IMG/VR virus record: IMGVR_UViG_3300031339_000004
Location: 13,437 to 77,436 of that record
Strand: one strand, 5' to 3'
DNA from: a virus
DNA length: 64,000 nucleotides
Shown here: in pieces, positions 39,035-50,109 of the stretch
Layout: every line of letters begins with the position of its first letter
Position numbering within the stretch: the first letter of the stretch is position 1
Notes under the pieces: model-generated
The model's input: only the letters and a program-made list of their open reading frames with translations
What the model was told of the DNA's origin: nothing
Database searches by the model: none
Program-made: the position numbers and the translations under genes

Positions 39035-41068
39035 ATGGCATACGAAATTAAATACACCGACAATGTTAATAAGGGTATTATTATTGTTGAGGAAGGCGAT
39101 ATAGACACTACTTCAACTTCTTTGGCTTTTCCTGGAAGAGACTCCCGGCAGTATGGAGGAGTAATTGCTGAGAACTTCCTGCATTTGTTAGAAAACTTTG
39201 CTAGTGACACAGCCCCCCAAACTCCTGTAGAAGGTCAATTATGGTACGACACTAGAGCCGGCATTGATCAGTTAAAAGTGTATGACGGCACTAATTGGAC
39301 TGCAAGTGGCGGACTAAAAAAAGCAACTTCTGTACCGGCAGTATCAAATTCTGTCTCAGGAGAACTTTGGGTTAATACCGAAAGTCAGCAACTATATTTG
39401 TTTACTGGCACTAGCTGGGTGCTAGTCGGTCCTAATTTTAGTGACGGGTTGTTAACAGGAACAGAATCGCAGGAAATAGTAGGAACAGATAATATAACCT
39501 ATACCGTACTTGCTATTAAAGTAAAAAATGTTCCAACTATCATTGTCAGTCCTAGTCAGTTCGTACCTAAAGCAGCAATATCGGGATTTAGAGCTGGAAT
39601 AAATCCAGGACTTAATCTAAGTACGTTGATTATTGCAGGCGCAGGTGTGTCAAAATATTGGGGCACGTCAGAGAAAGCCGAAAACTTAGTTATTGCAGAG
39701 CAAGCAATACCAGCAAGCTCTTTTCTAAGAGGAGACTCAGTTTCCACTACTAACTTTGAATTTAAAGTTAAAAACAACAACGGTATCACAATAGGAGTAG
39801 GTGGGCAGCTATCTCTAGCTGTTGACAACGAAGCCGGAGTTATTCAGCACAATACAGCTGGCTCAAACATTGACTTTCGGTTGAGGAACGGAAACAGAAC
39901 ACCAACTGTTCTTCGAATTGACTCTGAAGGACTAGTAGGAATCAATAATGCTGCTCCGGAAGAAGCGCTTGACGTTATAGGAAATGTTGTTACTTCAGGC
40001 TCGCTAGTTGTTGGCAGCACTGAAAATAGCACAAACTTTAGTTCTGGTTCTTTTGTAACCAAAGGAAGTGCCGGTGTTGCTGGAAACTTAAATGTCGGTG
40101 CCGATGCAAAAATAAACGGTGACGTAATTGCTGGAAATATTATTCCTGACGGTGCTACTGAGCGAAACGTAGGCACTTCAGCGTTGCGCTATGATCAAAT
40201 GCATGCCCAAACGTTTTTTGGTAACCTGCAGGGTAACGTAAGCGGAACTGTGTCAGGCAGAGCAGGCAGTGCAAGCAGACTAGCAAGTACTACTACCTTT
40301 GGAGTTACTGGGGACGTAGAAGATACAAGTTTTGCTTTTGATGGTCAGGTTGGCGGTACTAACAAGACGTTTGACATTCGAATTGCGAATAGCTTTATAG
40401 CAAATAAAGACCCGGTTTTGGACGTAGACTCCGCAGACGAAATAATAATAAATAGAATAGTAGGTGACACTGGGGTATTTAGAGTTACTAAACGAAACTT
40501 TTTAAAGTCAATCCCACTTATGCCAGTAGGAGCATATATGCCGTTTGCTGGTGAAGAAGCTCCTGCAGGTTGGCTACTGTGTGACGGAAGTGAAGTTGAT
40601 AAGTCTCGGTATACAGAGTTGTTTACCGTAATACGTTATAACTTTCGAGATGCTTCGTTATTAAGCGACCAAGGTGTTAGCACATTTGCTCTACCTGATA
40701 TGAGAGGAAGATTTCCTCTAGGTTTAGATAATATGGGAGGACCTAGTGCTAACACAGTGACTAACCCCGCAGCAGATATAATTGGGGGCGTCAACGGTTC
40801 CGAAACAGTGCAAGTTAACACAGAGAACTTACCAGAACACGAGCACGATATGGAAGGGGAATCAGGAACTCAGTATTATGGGTTTAGGGTAGGCTCTGGT
40901 GCACCAATCGACGATGATGCAATTACCCTTTCAACCGAAGCTGGCGCCGGCGGCACGCAGGGACTAGCGTCATCTGGCGGCGTAAAAACAAATGATCAAC
41001 TAGGCCAACCGTTATCAGTAATGAACCCATTTTTAGGGTCGAACTACATAATCTATACTGGAAATTAA
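39035..41068 (+). CDS. Tail fibre protein with C-terminal tail collar domain
   Basis: PVGAYMPFAG..AP.GWLLCDG...FALPDMRGRFP and NLPEHEH; N-terminal ENF..LLENF domain shared with the next two genes. Confidence 0.85.
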   Translation: MAYEIKYTDNVNKGIIIVEEGDIDTTSTSLAFPGRDSRQYGGVIAENFLHLLENFASDTAPQTPVEGQLWYDTRAGIDQLKVYDGTNWTASGGLKKATSVPAVSNSVSGELWVNTESQQLYLFTGTSWVLVGPNFSDGLLTGTESQEIVGTDNITYTVLAIKVKNVPTIIVSPSQFVPKAAISGFRAGINPGLNLSTLIIAGAGVSKYWGTSEKAENLVIAEQAIPASSFLRGDSVSTTNFEFKVKNNNGITIGVGGQLSLAVDNEAGVIQHNTAGSNIDFRLRNGNRTPTVLRIDSEGLVGINNAAPEEALDVIGNVVTSGSLVVGSTENSTNFSSGSFVTKGSAGVAGNLNVGADAKINGDVIAGNIIPDGATERNVGTSALRYDQMHAQTFFGNLQGNVSGTVSGRAGSASRLASTTTFGVTGDVEDTSFAFDGQVGGTNKTFDIRIANSFIANKDPVLDVDSADEIIINRIVGDTGVFRVTKRNFLKSIPLMPVGAYMPFAGEEAPAGWLLCDGSEVDKSRYTELFTVIRYNFRDASLLSDQGVSTFALPDMRGRFPLGLDNMGGPSANTVTNPAADIIGGVNGSETVQVNTENLPEHEHDMEGESGTQYYGFRVGSGAPIDDDAITLSTEAGAGGTQGLASSGGVKTNDQLGQPLSVMNPFLGSNYIIYTGN

Positions 41069-41070
41069 GA

Positions 41071-42966
41071 ATGAGTTATCAAATAAACAAAACTGACGGA
41101 TCGCTATTAGTTGACTTAGTTGACGGACAAATTGATTCTAATAGTACTAACCTTGTGTTAGTAGGGAGAAACTACACCGGCTATGGTGAAATTTTTAATG
41201 AAAACTTTGTTAGACTATTAGAAAATTTTTCAAATAGTGCAGCGCCGAGTAATCCGTTAAAAGGACAAACTTGGTGGGACACTGCTAATCAAAGACTAAA
41301 AGTTTATAATGGATTAGTGTGGATAGCCAGCGGCAGTCCGTTTGTGCAGCCTACTATTCCTCTAATGGTAACTGGCGATTTATGGATAGACAACCTAAAT
41401 AATCAGTTATATGCGTTTGACGGTGTTGACGTTATATTAATTGGTCCACAGTATACTAAATCACAAGGTGAGAGCGGCTTTAGAACCGGAACACTGTTAG
41501 ATGAAAGTAGCCGTTCTCGCACAGTGTCTTATTTGTACATCGGCGGCACCCTAGTTGGTCTACTTAGCAGCTTAGATTTTACTCCAGTAACTGGACAGAA
41601 AATAGCTGGTTTGATTACTCAGGAAAATCCGACAGGTCGAATATACGAAGGCTTTAATGTTATTAATCAAGCTACATTTAAGTTTAGAGGCATAGCAGAA
41701 GCAGCAGAGTCATTAGTATCGTCTGACGGTAGAATTAGACCGGTTGACTCGTTCCTACCGTCAGACACAGACGGAATAACCTCAGGCACGATTACTATTC
41801 AAAACGCAGGTGGATTAACAATTGGCCTGATACGAAACACTACACAAAAAATAGTAGGTGGAAAGTTTTATATAGAAAACCAAATTTTTGATCAGGATAT
41901 GAGCTTACGAGTTGCATCATCGTTAACATCATCAACAATAGATGCAGTGTATATAGATGCAAGTACAGCAAGGGTAGGTATTTTTAATAATAACCCACAG
42001 TATGCTTTAGATGTTACCGGTGATTTACGAATTTCCGGTAATCTATTATTTTCAGGGACAGCAAATAGTCTAGATATTAACATATTGAGAGTTGAGGATA
42101 AGGTTATACAACTAGCTAGGACGGTACCTGGATCCGAACTTAGTGCTGCTGATGCAAATGATACTGGTATAATATTTGATATCGCCGGCTCGTTAACAAA
42201 GAAATGGACGTGGGAAAGTGTAACCAATGCATGGACTTCTAACGTAGGAATCAACATATCTGATAGTTCTACCGGTTATCATATAGGAGGCGAGCTCAAA
42301 CTAACAAATACTAGTTTAGTTAATATTCAAAAAGCGCTCGACCTAAATGAAATCGGTACTTTAATATCACTCAGCGTTGACAATACATCAATCGACGGAA
42401 CGACCATAAAGGCAGGTGCTGCAATCGCAGCAAGTGACCCTACTGATAACTTACTTCCTCTAAATATTATAGGCACCGCTGGAATTAACATATCTTCATT
42501 AAACGGTAACATCTCTTTATCGACTCCAGCAAGGATTACTGGTGTATTAGATCCGACACAGCCGCAGGATGTTGCTACTAAACTTTATACAGACACCGCT
42601 GCTAGAAGAGAACCAGTAGGATTTTCGTTAGACGTAACCGGTCTAGGAACAGGAACTACATTGTCAGATGCAGTGGCTGTAATTCTATCAGATTTATACC
42701 AACCTTATGACGGTAAAGTAGCTATGATTCATACCGTGTCGTATTCTAACTCAGTCGTTAGTGGTGTAGATATTGCCGGTGCTACAACAATTACTTTAGT
42801 AGATGTTGACAAGAACGGAACTGAAAATCAGTCAGTTGTACAAGAAGTTGAGTTTGACCCAGCCGGCGCTTCTGGCACAGTGTCATTAACTCCAAGTAGA
42901 GCACTAATGGAATACGCTGCGGACGGAACGAATTGGAACTTGATAGTAGTAACAAATCCATATTAA
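41071..42966 (+). CDS. Tail fibre / baseplate protein, paralogue 2
   Basis: Shared N-terminus (ENFVRLLENF...GQ.WWD); RVGIFNNNPQYALDV and PTQPQDVATKLY fibre motifs. Confidence 0.75.
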   Translation: MSYQINKTDGSLLVDLVDGQIDSNSTNLVLVGRNYTGYGEIFNENFVRLLENFSNSAAPSNPLKGQTWWDTANQRLKVYNGLVWIASGSPFVQPTIPLMVTGDLWIDNLNNQLYAFDGVDVILIGPQYTKSQGESGFRTGTLLDESSRSRTVSYLYIGGTLVGLLSSLDFTPVTGQKIAGLITQENPTGRIYEGFNVINQATFKFRGIAEAAESLVSSDGRIRPVDSFLPSDTDGITSGTITIQNAGGLTIGLIRNTTQKIVGGKFYIENQIFDQDMSLRVASSLTSSTIDAVYIDASTARVGIFNNNPQYALDVTGDLRISGNLLFSGTANSLDINILRVEDKVIQLARTVPGSELSAADANDTGIIFDIAGSLTKKWTWESVTNAWTSNVGINISDSSTGYHIGGELKLTNTSLVNIQKALDLNEIGTLISLSVDNTSIDGTTIKAGAAIAASDPTDNLLPLNIIGTAGINISSLNGNISLSTPARITGVLDPTQPQDVATKLYTDTAARREPVGFSLDVTGLGTGTTLSDAVAVILSDLYQPYDGKVAMIHTVSYSNSVVSGVDIAGATTITLVDVDKNGTENQSVVQEVEFDPAGASGTVSLTPSRALMEYAADGTNWNLIVVTNPY

Positions 42967-43005
42967 TATATGATAAATAATACAAACGCTAAGGATTATA
43001 CTTAA

Positions 43006-44496
43006 ATGGCTTATCAAATTGATAGATACAATAATACTTTATTAACAGTAGTTGATGATGGTACTATTGACCAAACAACTGATTTAAAATTTATCGGCAA
43101 GAACTATTCGGGCTACGGTGAATTACATAACGAGAACTTTTTGTTCTTATTAGAAAACTTTTCAGGAATTAACGAACCGGCTAGGCCACTGAGTGGACAG
43201 GTGTGGTTTGACTTAGGAAGTAGCAAGTTAAAATTTTATGATGGAGCCCAGTGGCGTAGTACTGGCGGATCAGAGACTTCTGGGACTCAGCCAACTGGAC
43301 TGTCAGTTGGGGACTTTTGGTGGAATTCATCAAGTGATCAATTATATGTATACAACGGAATTAACTTTGTTCTAGTAGGTCCGCAAAACGTGGGCAACGG
43401 CGTTACTCAGTTGCAGAGTATTGAAGTAGTTGATGCTACTGGCGCAGTCCGCAATTTGATATCAGCTACTGTTAACGACGAAGTTATTTTTGTTATTAAT
43501 GCTGCAAATAATTTTACTCTAGGAGTGTCTACTCCTATTCTTGGGTTCGATGGAATCAAAAGAGGCGTAACGCTAAAGTGGACTAGACTAGCAGACGATG
43601 GAGTAACCAACAGCCAACAAGTTGCAGGTAACGATTTCCGTTACTGGGGAACTGCTAGTAACGCTGAGAAGCTTGGTGGTATATCAGCAGAAAACTTTGC
43701 AACACGGGATCTAGCTAGTTTTGACAGCTTAGTAGAATTTCCAGACGCTGGCATTGCAATCGGCGATTCTAACGATTTGCAATTAAACATAGAAAACGGT
43801 AACCAGGGAGTTATACAAAACGTCACGGGCCAAAATAGTATTATCAAAATAAAAGTTACTAACGGTGCTGGTGCAGTTACTCCTACGTTTACGTTTGGTC
43901 CTACTGGTATGTTACCTGCGACAGACAACGTGTTTAATCTTGGGTCACTAACCAATAGAATACAGGACGTGTATGCAGCTAACTTTAGGGGTGAAGCTGT
44001 TAATGCAACTAACCTAAGAGTAGGATCTAATTTTAGAACTGCTTCAGTCACAGCTATTCCAAACACTATTGCAGTAAGAGACCCATCTGGCAACTTATCA
44101 GCTACCTTATTCCAGGGTACTGCAACTCAAGCCCGTTATGCGGACCTAGCAGAAATTTATTCAACTAACAAAACATACCCGGTTGGAACTGTGGTATCCG
44201 TCTGTGCGCACAACGATCACGATGTCGGCGCTGCAAACGCGGGTGAAATTGCAATTGGCGTAATTTCAGAAAACCCTGCATATTTAATGAATAGCGATGC
44301 ACCCGGCCAAGCAGTTGGATTAAAAGGTCGAGTGCCGGTGAGAGTTGTTGGTATGGTAAAAAAAGGTCAAGCAGTTTACGTACATGGAAAAGGCACAGCA
44401 TGTACATCACATACTGGAGCAAGTATGGTAGGTATCGCACTAGAGTCTAGCAATGATGAAAATGAAAAGCTAGTAGAATGTGTACTAAAGGTTTAA
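43006..44496 (+). CDS. Tail fibre protein, paralogue 3, with probable C-terminal autocleaved chaperone domain
   Basis: Shared N-terminus (ENFLFLLENF); YADLAE...GVIS..PA..MN...GRVPV.V; TAAATA at 42974-42979. Confidence 0.75.
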   Translation: MAYQIDRYNNTLLTVVDDGTIDQTTDLKFIGKNYSGYGELHNENFLFLLENFSGINEPARPLSGQVWFDLGSSKLKFYDGAQWRSTGGSETSGTQPTGLSVGDFWWNSSSDQLYVYNGINFVLVGPQNVGNGVTQLQSIEVVDATGAVRNLISATVNDEVIFVINAANNFTLGVSTPILGFDGIKRGVTLKWTRLADDGVTNSQQVAGNDFRYWGTASNAEKLGGISAENFATRDLASFDSLVEFPDAGIAIGDSNDLQLNIENGNQGVIQNVTGQNSIIKIKVTNGAGAVTPTFTFGPTGMLPATDNVFNLGSLTNRIQDVYAANFRGEAVNATNLRVGSNFRTASVTAIPNTIAVRDPSGNLSATLFQGTATQARYADLAEIYSTNKTYPVGTVVSVCAHNDHDVGAANAGEIAIGVISENPAYLMNSDAPGQAVGLKGRVPVRVVGMVKKGQAVYVHGKGTACTSHTGASMVGIALESSNDENEKLVECVLKV

Positions 44497-44505
44497 GGAT
44501 CCAGC

Positions 44506-45432
44506 ATGGCAAACGTTACAGCAGCAAGAGTAACAAACTTACACGAACGCATTAAACTAGTATTAGGAGAAGGCGCAGGACAGTTTGGTTACGGGCAACC
44601 GGTCGAAAGTGCTCCGGTAAGCAACCAGAACAACTTTATACTTGCTGAAGATATCAACAGTATATATAGAGATATGATTAATGCAAGAGCACATCAAGTA
44701 GGAATTACTAGCACGATGATTGCTTTGCTAATAAAAGACAGAAATATTGTAGCTGAAGATGCTAGCTTTTTTGTTGATGACGACGGAGTAACAACGTCTG
44801 ATGTAAATGGCTCGTTAAAAGGTATGGTTGACTACGAAAACCTAATGTCCGTAATTGAAACAGAAAAAGCTTTAATAGATGTACCGACTCAGGCTGAGCT
44901 AGAAACAGGTATTTCTGATCGACGAGAATCTCCGTGGAACGGGACAATAACACACGAAGTACAAGTAACATTTGCCGATGCTAATGAACGACGTTATTTT
45001 TTTAATACAGGCGGCGAAATTCGGTTTAGTGCCAATCTTACTAGTTCGTCGGGCAGCAAAGGAGCTGACTGGGTAAATTTATTATCGAATATGGGTACTG
45101 TAAAATTTAAAAGTAATAGCACAGTGACTACTGGTTCGGGCGCCGCGGCTGCCATTGGTAATTATCAATTAACAGACAATTATCAAGGAATATACAGCAA
45201 GACTGGGTCAGGTATTTACTCTTCGAACATCTACACAATTCAAGCAACGCAACCTGAGGCAAATCCTAACGTTATTCTATTCAAAATACAGTTTAACGAC
45301 GCAGCTTTCGTAGGAAACATAGACGATAATGTCGACGGTAAATTAGAAAGCAGTGTTAATCAACTACGAGCAAATAGCATTAATGTATCAGTTGCAGGTC
45401 CTAGTTTTTCCAATCAATCAACTCTTGCATAA
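44506..45432 (+). CDS. Virion structural protein
   Basis: Paralogous to the next gene (VTAAR, G(Y/F)G, RRYFFNTGGEIR). Confidence 0.65.
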   Translation: MANVTAARVTNLHERIKLVLGEGAGQFGYGQPVESAPVSNQNNFILAEDINSIYRDMINARAHQVGITSTMIALLIKDRNIVAEDASFFVDDDGVTTSDVNGSLKGMVDYENLMSVIETEKALIDVPTQAELETGISDRRESPWNGTITHEVQVTFADANERRYFFNTGGEIRFSANLTSSSGSKGADWVNLLSNMGTVKFKSNSTVTTGSGAAAAIGNYQLTDNYQGIYSKTGSGIYSSNIYTIQATQPEANPNVILFKIQFNDAAFVGNIDDNVDGKLESSVNQLRANSINVSVAGPSFSNQSTLA

Positions 45433-45477
45433 ATTTGTTTCTGATAGTATAATTATAACAATACAAGAGACAATATT

Positions 45478-46494
45478 ATGGCAACCACGACACCAGTAAC
45501 AGCAGCAAGATATAATGCCCTTAGAGATACAGTAAACCTAGTACTAGGAGTATCTTCTCCTTTAACTCCTACGTACGGTTATGGCGACTTTATTTCTACT
45601 AGTGATGTAGTCGGCAACTTCGAAGACAATAACACAGACACCAATAAGATATCTGTACAAGAATACGAAGAGATATACTTTGACTTGATACGATCTCGTA
45701 TTCATCAATTAGGTTCCGGCAACGTTACAATTTTACCTTATCCCGAAGGAGATATTAACAACAATCCAGGCGCTGATATTATCGACGAGTCCTACATACA
45801 ATTATTAGAAACTCTAGCAAGCAACGTTGAGACTGACAGGTTCAGTATTGATGCCGCATCACAAGCCAGTACTTCGTTAGTGTTCGATCAGTTTAGTAAT
45901 TCGATTTCATCTGTTTACGATCAGTCTGTTAGAGGAACATGGGACGGACAGCTAATTCACATATTTGATGTATCTTTTGAGAATGCTGCTGATAGAAGAC
46001 ACTTTTTTAACGCAGGAGGCGAAATTCGAGTAGATGCTGATGTGAACTATTCAGGTAGTCAAGCTAAATCAGTTGATTGGGCCAACAGGATGAACGACTT
46101 AGATGCTTATAGTATAGCAGGCAATCGCAGTTTTATTGGTAATACTACAGCATTCTATACCAATAAAAACACCAGTGTTGGCAATTACTCCCTTACTGGA
46201 TCCTATCAGCAATTGTACTTTTATGCATTTTCTAATGCTTACGTTAATAATTACTATACAATACAAGCCCTGTCACTTAATGACACTACTGTAAGAGTTC
46301 GAGTGTTATTTGTTGACGGGGAAGCAGTGTCATCTCCTCCACCAGATACTCCTATTGACGAAGCAGTGTTTGGGGACTTTTCGAGCAACGTGTCAGTTCT
46401 AATTCCAGACGGTAGTGCTACTATCAATGGAGTAGTTACGGATACTGTGAGCTATGACGGTGCTATAGTAGGAACTCTAATCTCTGGATTATAA
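45478..46494 (+). CDS. Virion structural protein (paralogue of 44506-45432)
   Basis: VTAAR, RRHFFNAGGEIR, DW.N...; possible TTGCAT-17-TATAAT at 45425-45453. Confidence 0.65.
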   Translation: MATTTPVTAARYNALRDTVNLVLGVSSPLTPTYGYGDFISTSDVVGNFEDNNTDTNKISVQEYEEIYFDLIRSRIHQLGSGNVTILPYPEGDINNNPGADIIDESYIQLLETLASNVETDRFSIDAASQASTSLVFDQFSNSISSVYDQSVRGTWDGQLIHIFDVSFENAADRRHFFNAGGEIRVDADVNYSGSQAKSVDWANRMNDLDAYSIAGNRSFIGNTTAFYTNKNTSVGNYSLTGSYQQLYFYAFSNAYVNNYYTIQALSLNDTTVRVRVLFVDGEAVSSPPPDTPIDEAVFGDFSSNVSVLIPDGSATINGVVTDTVSYDGAIVGTLISGL

Positions 46495-46506
46495 CCAAAA
46501 CTCTCC

Positions 46507-46535
46507 TTGACAAGAATGTTAAACTACTATATAAT
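46507..46535 (+). promoter_or_regulatory. Consensus sigma70 promoter heading the glycosyltransferase operon
   Basis: TTGACA (46507-46512), 17 nt, TATAAT (46530-46535). Confidence 0.8.
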
Positions 46536-46555
46536 TGTGTAACATATAGGAGATT

Positions 46556-46918
46556 TTGATGGACGAGCGACTAGAAAAAGCACTAGACTTTTCTAATTAC
46601 ATGGTTACGTTAAACAACCAGAAAAGACTACTTAAAGAAAACTATCATGAGGAATTGATGTACTTTTATAAAGGAAGTCAGTTTACTGTTTCGCGAGAGT
46701 TGATGACTTTTGTTAACATGTTAGTAGACAGAGAATACAACAAGGATGTCATTCTTGTTGACGACAACGACACTCCTGCATTAATAGACGATCTTACTGA
46801 TTTCTACGACAGTATTCTCGATGTATACTTTAGTGCATCAAACAGTTATCACACACAATACGAGCAACTAAAGAAAAACCGAAGTCCAGCAAAGTTGGTC
46901 AATTATGACAAAGACTAG
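46556..46918 (+). CDS. Hypothetical protein (ATG 46559 is the likely start)
   Basis: AGGAG RBS; overlaps the next gene. Confidence 0.7.
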   Translation: MMDERLEKALDFSNYMVTLNNQKRLLKENYHEELMYFYKGSQFTVSRELMTFVNMLVDREYNKDVILVDDNDTPALIDDLTDFYDSILDVYFSASNSYHTQYEQLKKNRSPAKLVNYDKD

Positions 46919-47756
46919 AGGTGTCCTGGTCTTTGCTAGAAACAACGGTCACATTGACTATGTCAAGCAGGCTGCTTTCTTAGCAGACAGAGTAAAATAT
47001 TATTTAGATCTTCCTACAAGTATTGTAACAGACAGCCCCCGCTATCTCAACGATAACTTTCCTGATACCTTTGATCACGTAATTTCACTAGAAAAATATA
47101 GTGATGAAAATAGTAGACTTTACTTTGACGGAGCAATGTCTCATGCTTCTGCTAGCTTCAACAATAGACGGCGGGCAGATGCCTATGTCCTAAGTCCTTA
47201 CTTAGAAACTTTGTTGTTAGACACTGATATTGTTATTTGTAATGACATATACAAAAATTGTTTTACGTCGTCTTGTGACTTTTTAATATATAAAGAATCA
47301 CACGACCTAGGAAACGTCCGAGATGTGTCGGAATTTGAATATATAAGCGATTGCGGCGTAGAGTTTTACTGGGCTACATGTATTTTCTTTAGAAAAAATG
47401 AGATCAACAGTACTTTCTTTGATCTAGTAAAGCATGTTCAAGATAATTGGACACACTATGTTAAAGTTTACCAACTCTCAACTACTATGTTCAGAAATGA
47501 CTTTGCTTTTAGTATCGCTATACACATTATGAACGGCTTTCAGAAGGGTAATTTTACTGCGAGTATGCCGGGAAAAATACTTTATGTCACAGATAAAGAC
47601 ATTCTTTGGCGACTACAAGACGACGAGATGATGTTTCTTGTTGAAAAGAAACATCGACTTGGAGAATATACCCCAATAAAAACACAAGGACAAACTGTCC
47701 ATGTAATGAACAAGCTCAGTTTGAATAGAGCAATAGACAAGGTAACAAATGGATAA
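46905..47756 (+). CDS. GT-A fold glycosyltransferase-like protein (GT8-like)
   Basis: AY.LSPY..TLLLDTD (DxD); paralogous to the next gene. Confidence 0.65.
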   Translation: MTKTRGVLVFARNNGHIDYVKQAAFLADRVKYYLDLPTSIVTDSPRYLNDNFPDTFDHVISLEKYSDENSRLYFDGAMSHASASFNNRRRADAYVLSPYLETLLLDTDIVICNDIYKNCFTSSCDFLIYKESHDLGNVRDVSEFEYISDCGVEFYWATCIFFRKNEINSTFFDLVKHVQDNWTHYVKVYQLSTTMFRNDFAFSIAIHIMNGFQKGNFTASMPGKILYVTDKDILWRLQDDEMMFLVEKKHRLGEYTPIKTQGQTVHVMNKLSLNRAIDKVTNG

Positions 47757-48600
47757 TACCGGAATAGTAGTACTTGCTCAAAATAACGCCAATGACGATT
47801 ACGTACAGCAAGCTTGTCTTTTGGCAATGAGCGTTAGCGTGACAAATCCTTCTCTCCCTGTAAGCTTGGTTACTAACGACACAGTGCCGCAGGAGTATCA
47901 ACCACTGTTTGATAAAATAATACCTATTCCGTTTGGCGACCATGCTGCTAATAAAGAATGGAAGGTAGAAAACCGCTGGAAGATATATCACTCTACACCT
48001 TACGAAAGAACTATTGTAATGGATACAGATATGTTGGTACTACAGGATATATCTAACTGGGTAACTTTTCTTAACAACTACGATCTGTACTTTACTAGTG
48101 CGGTTCATACGTACAGAAACGAATTAGTAACCAGCAGTGTTTATAGAAAAACTTTTGTAATTAACGATTTGCCAAATATATATAGTGGGTTTCATTATTT
48201 TAAGAAATGTGACTTTGCTCATGAGTTTTATAGATGGTTGGAATTTGTAACATACAATTGGGAGAAGTTTTATGAATTATATGCAAACAAGGACAGTAGT
48301 AGTCCACAGCATTACAGCGTAGACGTATGTGCAGCAATTGTTACAAAGATACTTGCCTGCGAAAGTAATATTACTAATAAGGTTGCTAAGTTCCCATGTT
48401 TCACTCACATGAAACCCCACGCACAGGACTGGAAAAGTGTACAGACAAGCTGGCAGGAATCTGTAGGAACTTATATTAACGATAACTGTGAGCTAAAGAT
48501 AGGAAACTACTTGCAGACAGGCATATTTCACTATACTGAAAACAGCTTTGTGAAAGAAAACTCAGTACTTGACACGTATAGGAGATACCTAAATGTCTAA
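47749..48600 (+). CDS. GT-A fold glycosyltransferase-like protein (GT8-like)
   Basis: DYVQQA.LLA.S, TPYERTIVMDTD (DxD), HMK, FHY. Confidence 0.65.
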   Translation: MDNTGIVVLAQNNANDDYVQQACLLAMSVSVTNPSLPVSLVTNDTVPQEYQPLFDKIIPIPFGDHAANKEWKVENRWKIYHSTPYERTIVMDTDMLVLQDISNWVTFLNNYDLYFTSAVHTYRNELVTSSVYRKTFVINDLPNIYSGFHYFKKCDFAHEFYRWLEFVTYNWEKFYELYANKDSSSPQHYSVDVCAAIVTKILACESNITNKVAKFPCFTHMKPHAQDWKSVQTSWQESVGTYINDNCELKIGNYLQTGIFHYTENSFVKENSVLDTYRRYLNV

Positions 48601-49207
48601 TTTTACAGACCTAGTTAATCAAATGACAGTAGAAACTTCAAATAATATAAAAGGTTACGTTCACTATGTACAAGAGACAGGGGAAATTGTTAAGATTGCT
48701 AATAGGCAATCTAAAGTAGAAGACTACGAGGTACTGGAAGTCGATTACAGCGAAGTAAAAGAGCTAAAGCTAGGAAAAAGACAATTTAGTGAGTTTTTTG
48801 TAGCATTCAACGCCACGTTAAAACGAATAGCTCTTAACGAAGTAGTACGTAAACATCAATCAGCAGACATCAGACAGCAATTGTATCAAATTCCAATTAC
48901 TAACAAACCTGCTGATATAAAATTCGTTAAGGACATGCCCAACAACATTCTAAGATTATCAGCTAGCGAGAGTCTACGATTAGATAAAGTCTTACTGCAT
49001 CAATGTGCCAAACTGAGTTTGAACTTTAGTATAACTGCAACCAACGACCCTAATATTTTGCATGAAAACTTTTCGGTTAACCTACAAGACCTTTTGACCA
49101 ACGACTACCTAGACCTAACTGCGCTATTTCGTTATAATACCAAGTTAAAAAACATCAGCATATATACAACTAAGTTTTTTGAAACATATTCAATAGAGGA
49201 AATTTAA
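48593..49207 (+). CDS. Hypothetical protein
   Basis: 204-aa ORF overlapping both neighbours in the operon. Confidence 0.6.
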   Translation: MSNFTDLVNQMTVETSNNIKGYVHYVQETGEIVKIANRQSKVEDYEVLEVDYSEVKELKLGKRQFSEFFVAFNATLKRIALNEVVRKHQSADIRQQLYQIPITNKPADIKFVKDMPNNILRLSASESLRLDKVLLHQCAKLSLNFSITATNDPNILHENFSVNLQDLLTNDYLDLTALFRYNTKLKNISIYTTKFFETYSIEEI

Positions 49208-50109
49208 TGTCAAGCGTGATTAACGTAGTAGAGTGTGATATAATCTTCCTCTCTTACGACGAGCCAAACGCAGAGAAGAATTACGCAGACCTGTGTTCTA
49301 AGGTACCGTGGTCCAAGCGCGTACACGGTGTTAAAGGCAGTGACGCAGCCCATAAAGCGTGTGCAGCACTGTCAGAGACTGAGTATTTTGTTACTGTAGA
49401 CGCTGACAACATTGTTGACCCAGCGTTCCTTCAAGTGCAAATAGATTTAGACAAGTTAGAACTGACCCAAGATCACGTGTTTAGTTGGTGCGGCAAGATT
49501 TCAGTCAATGGATTAATGTACGGCAACGGCGGTCTCAAATTGTGGACCAAGAAGTTTGTTGAAAACATGAGGACGCACGAAGCAGCAGAAGTAGATGACG
49601 CCGACGGCGCAGTTGATTTTTGTTTTGATCATAGATATTACCAGTTTAATGAAAACTACAGTACTAGCTTCATTTGTTCTAGTCCTTTCCAGGCCTGGCG
49701 CGCTGGATTTCGTGAAGGTGTAAAAATGAGTCTTGATCAAGGAGTAAAGGCTAATAACATTAAAGACGTGTGGTGGCAGAACTATCAACGATTATTAATT
49801 TGGTGTAATGTGGGAGCAGATGTAAAAAACGGGCTCTGGAGTATGTTAGGGGCCCGCGAGGGATGTTACCTAACAGCTTGCACTGACTGGGATCACAATC
49901 AGGTGAGAGATTTTGAGTACCTGACAAGTTTATGGAACGAAAAGTACAAAGGCATGACCGAGACCTGCGTTGATGAAAAAATGCAAGAACTTGGCACGGT
50001 ATTACGTGTCAACGCAGGTCTCGAAATTGCAGCCCTTGACTCAATGGGTTCGGCATTCTTTAAGCAAGTTTACGAGAACACTCCGCGAATTATTAGAAGG
50101 AGCGTATGA
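49207..50109 (+). CDS. GT-A (GT2-like) glycosyltransferase
   Basis: DIIFLSYDEPNA, RVHGVKG...AH, VTVDAD (DxD), NGLMYGNGG, AWRAGFRE. Confidence 0.7.
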   Translation: MSSVINVVECDIIFLSYDEPNAEKNYADLCSKVPWSKRVHGVKGSDAAHKACAALSETEYFVTVDADNIVDPAFLQVQIDLDKLELTQDHVFSWCGKISVNGLMYGNGGLKLWTKKFVENMRTHEAAEVDDADGAVDFCFDHRYYQFNENYSTSFICSSPFQAWRAGFREGVKMSLDQGVKANNIKDVWWQNYQRLLIWCNVGADVKNGLWSMLGAREGCYLTACTDWDHNQVRDFEYLTSLWNEKYKGMTETCVDEKMQELGTVLRVNAGLEIAALDSMGSAFFKQVYENTPRIIRRSV

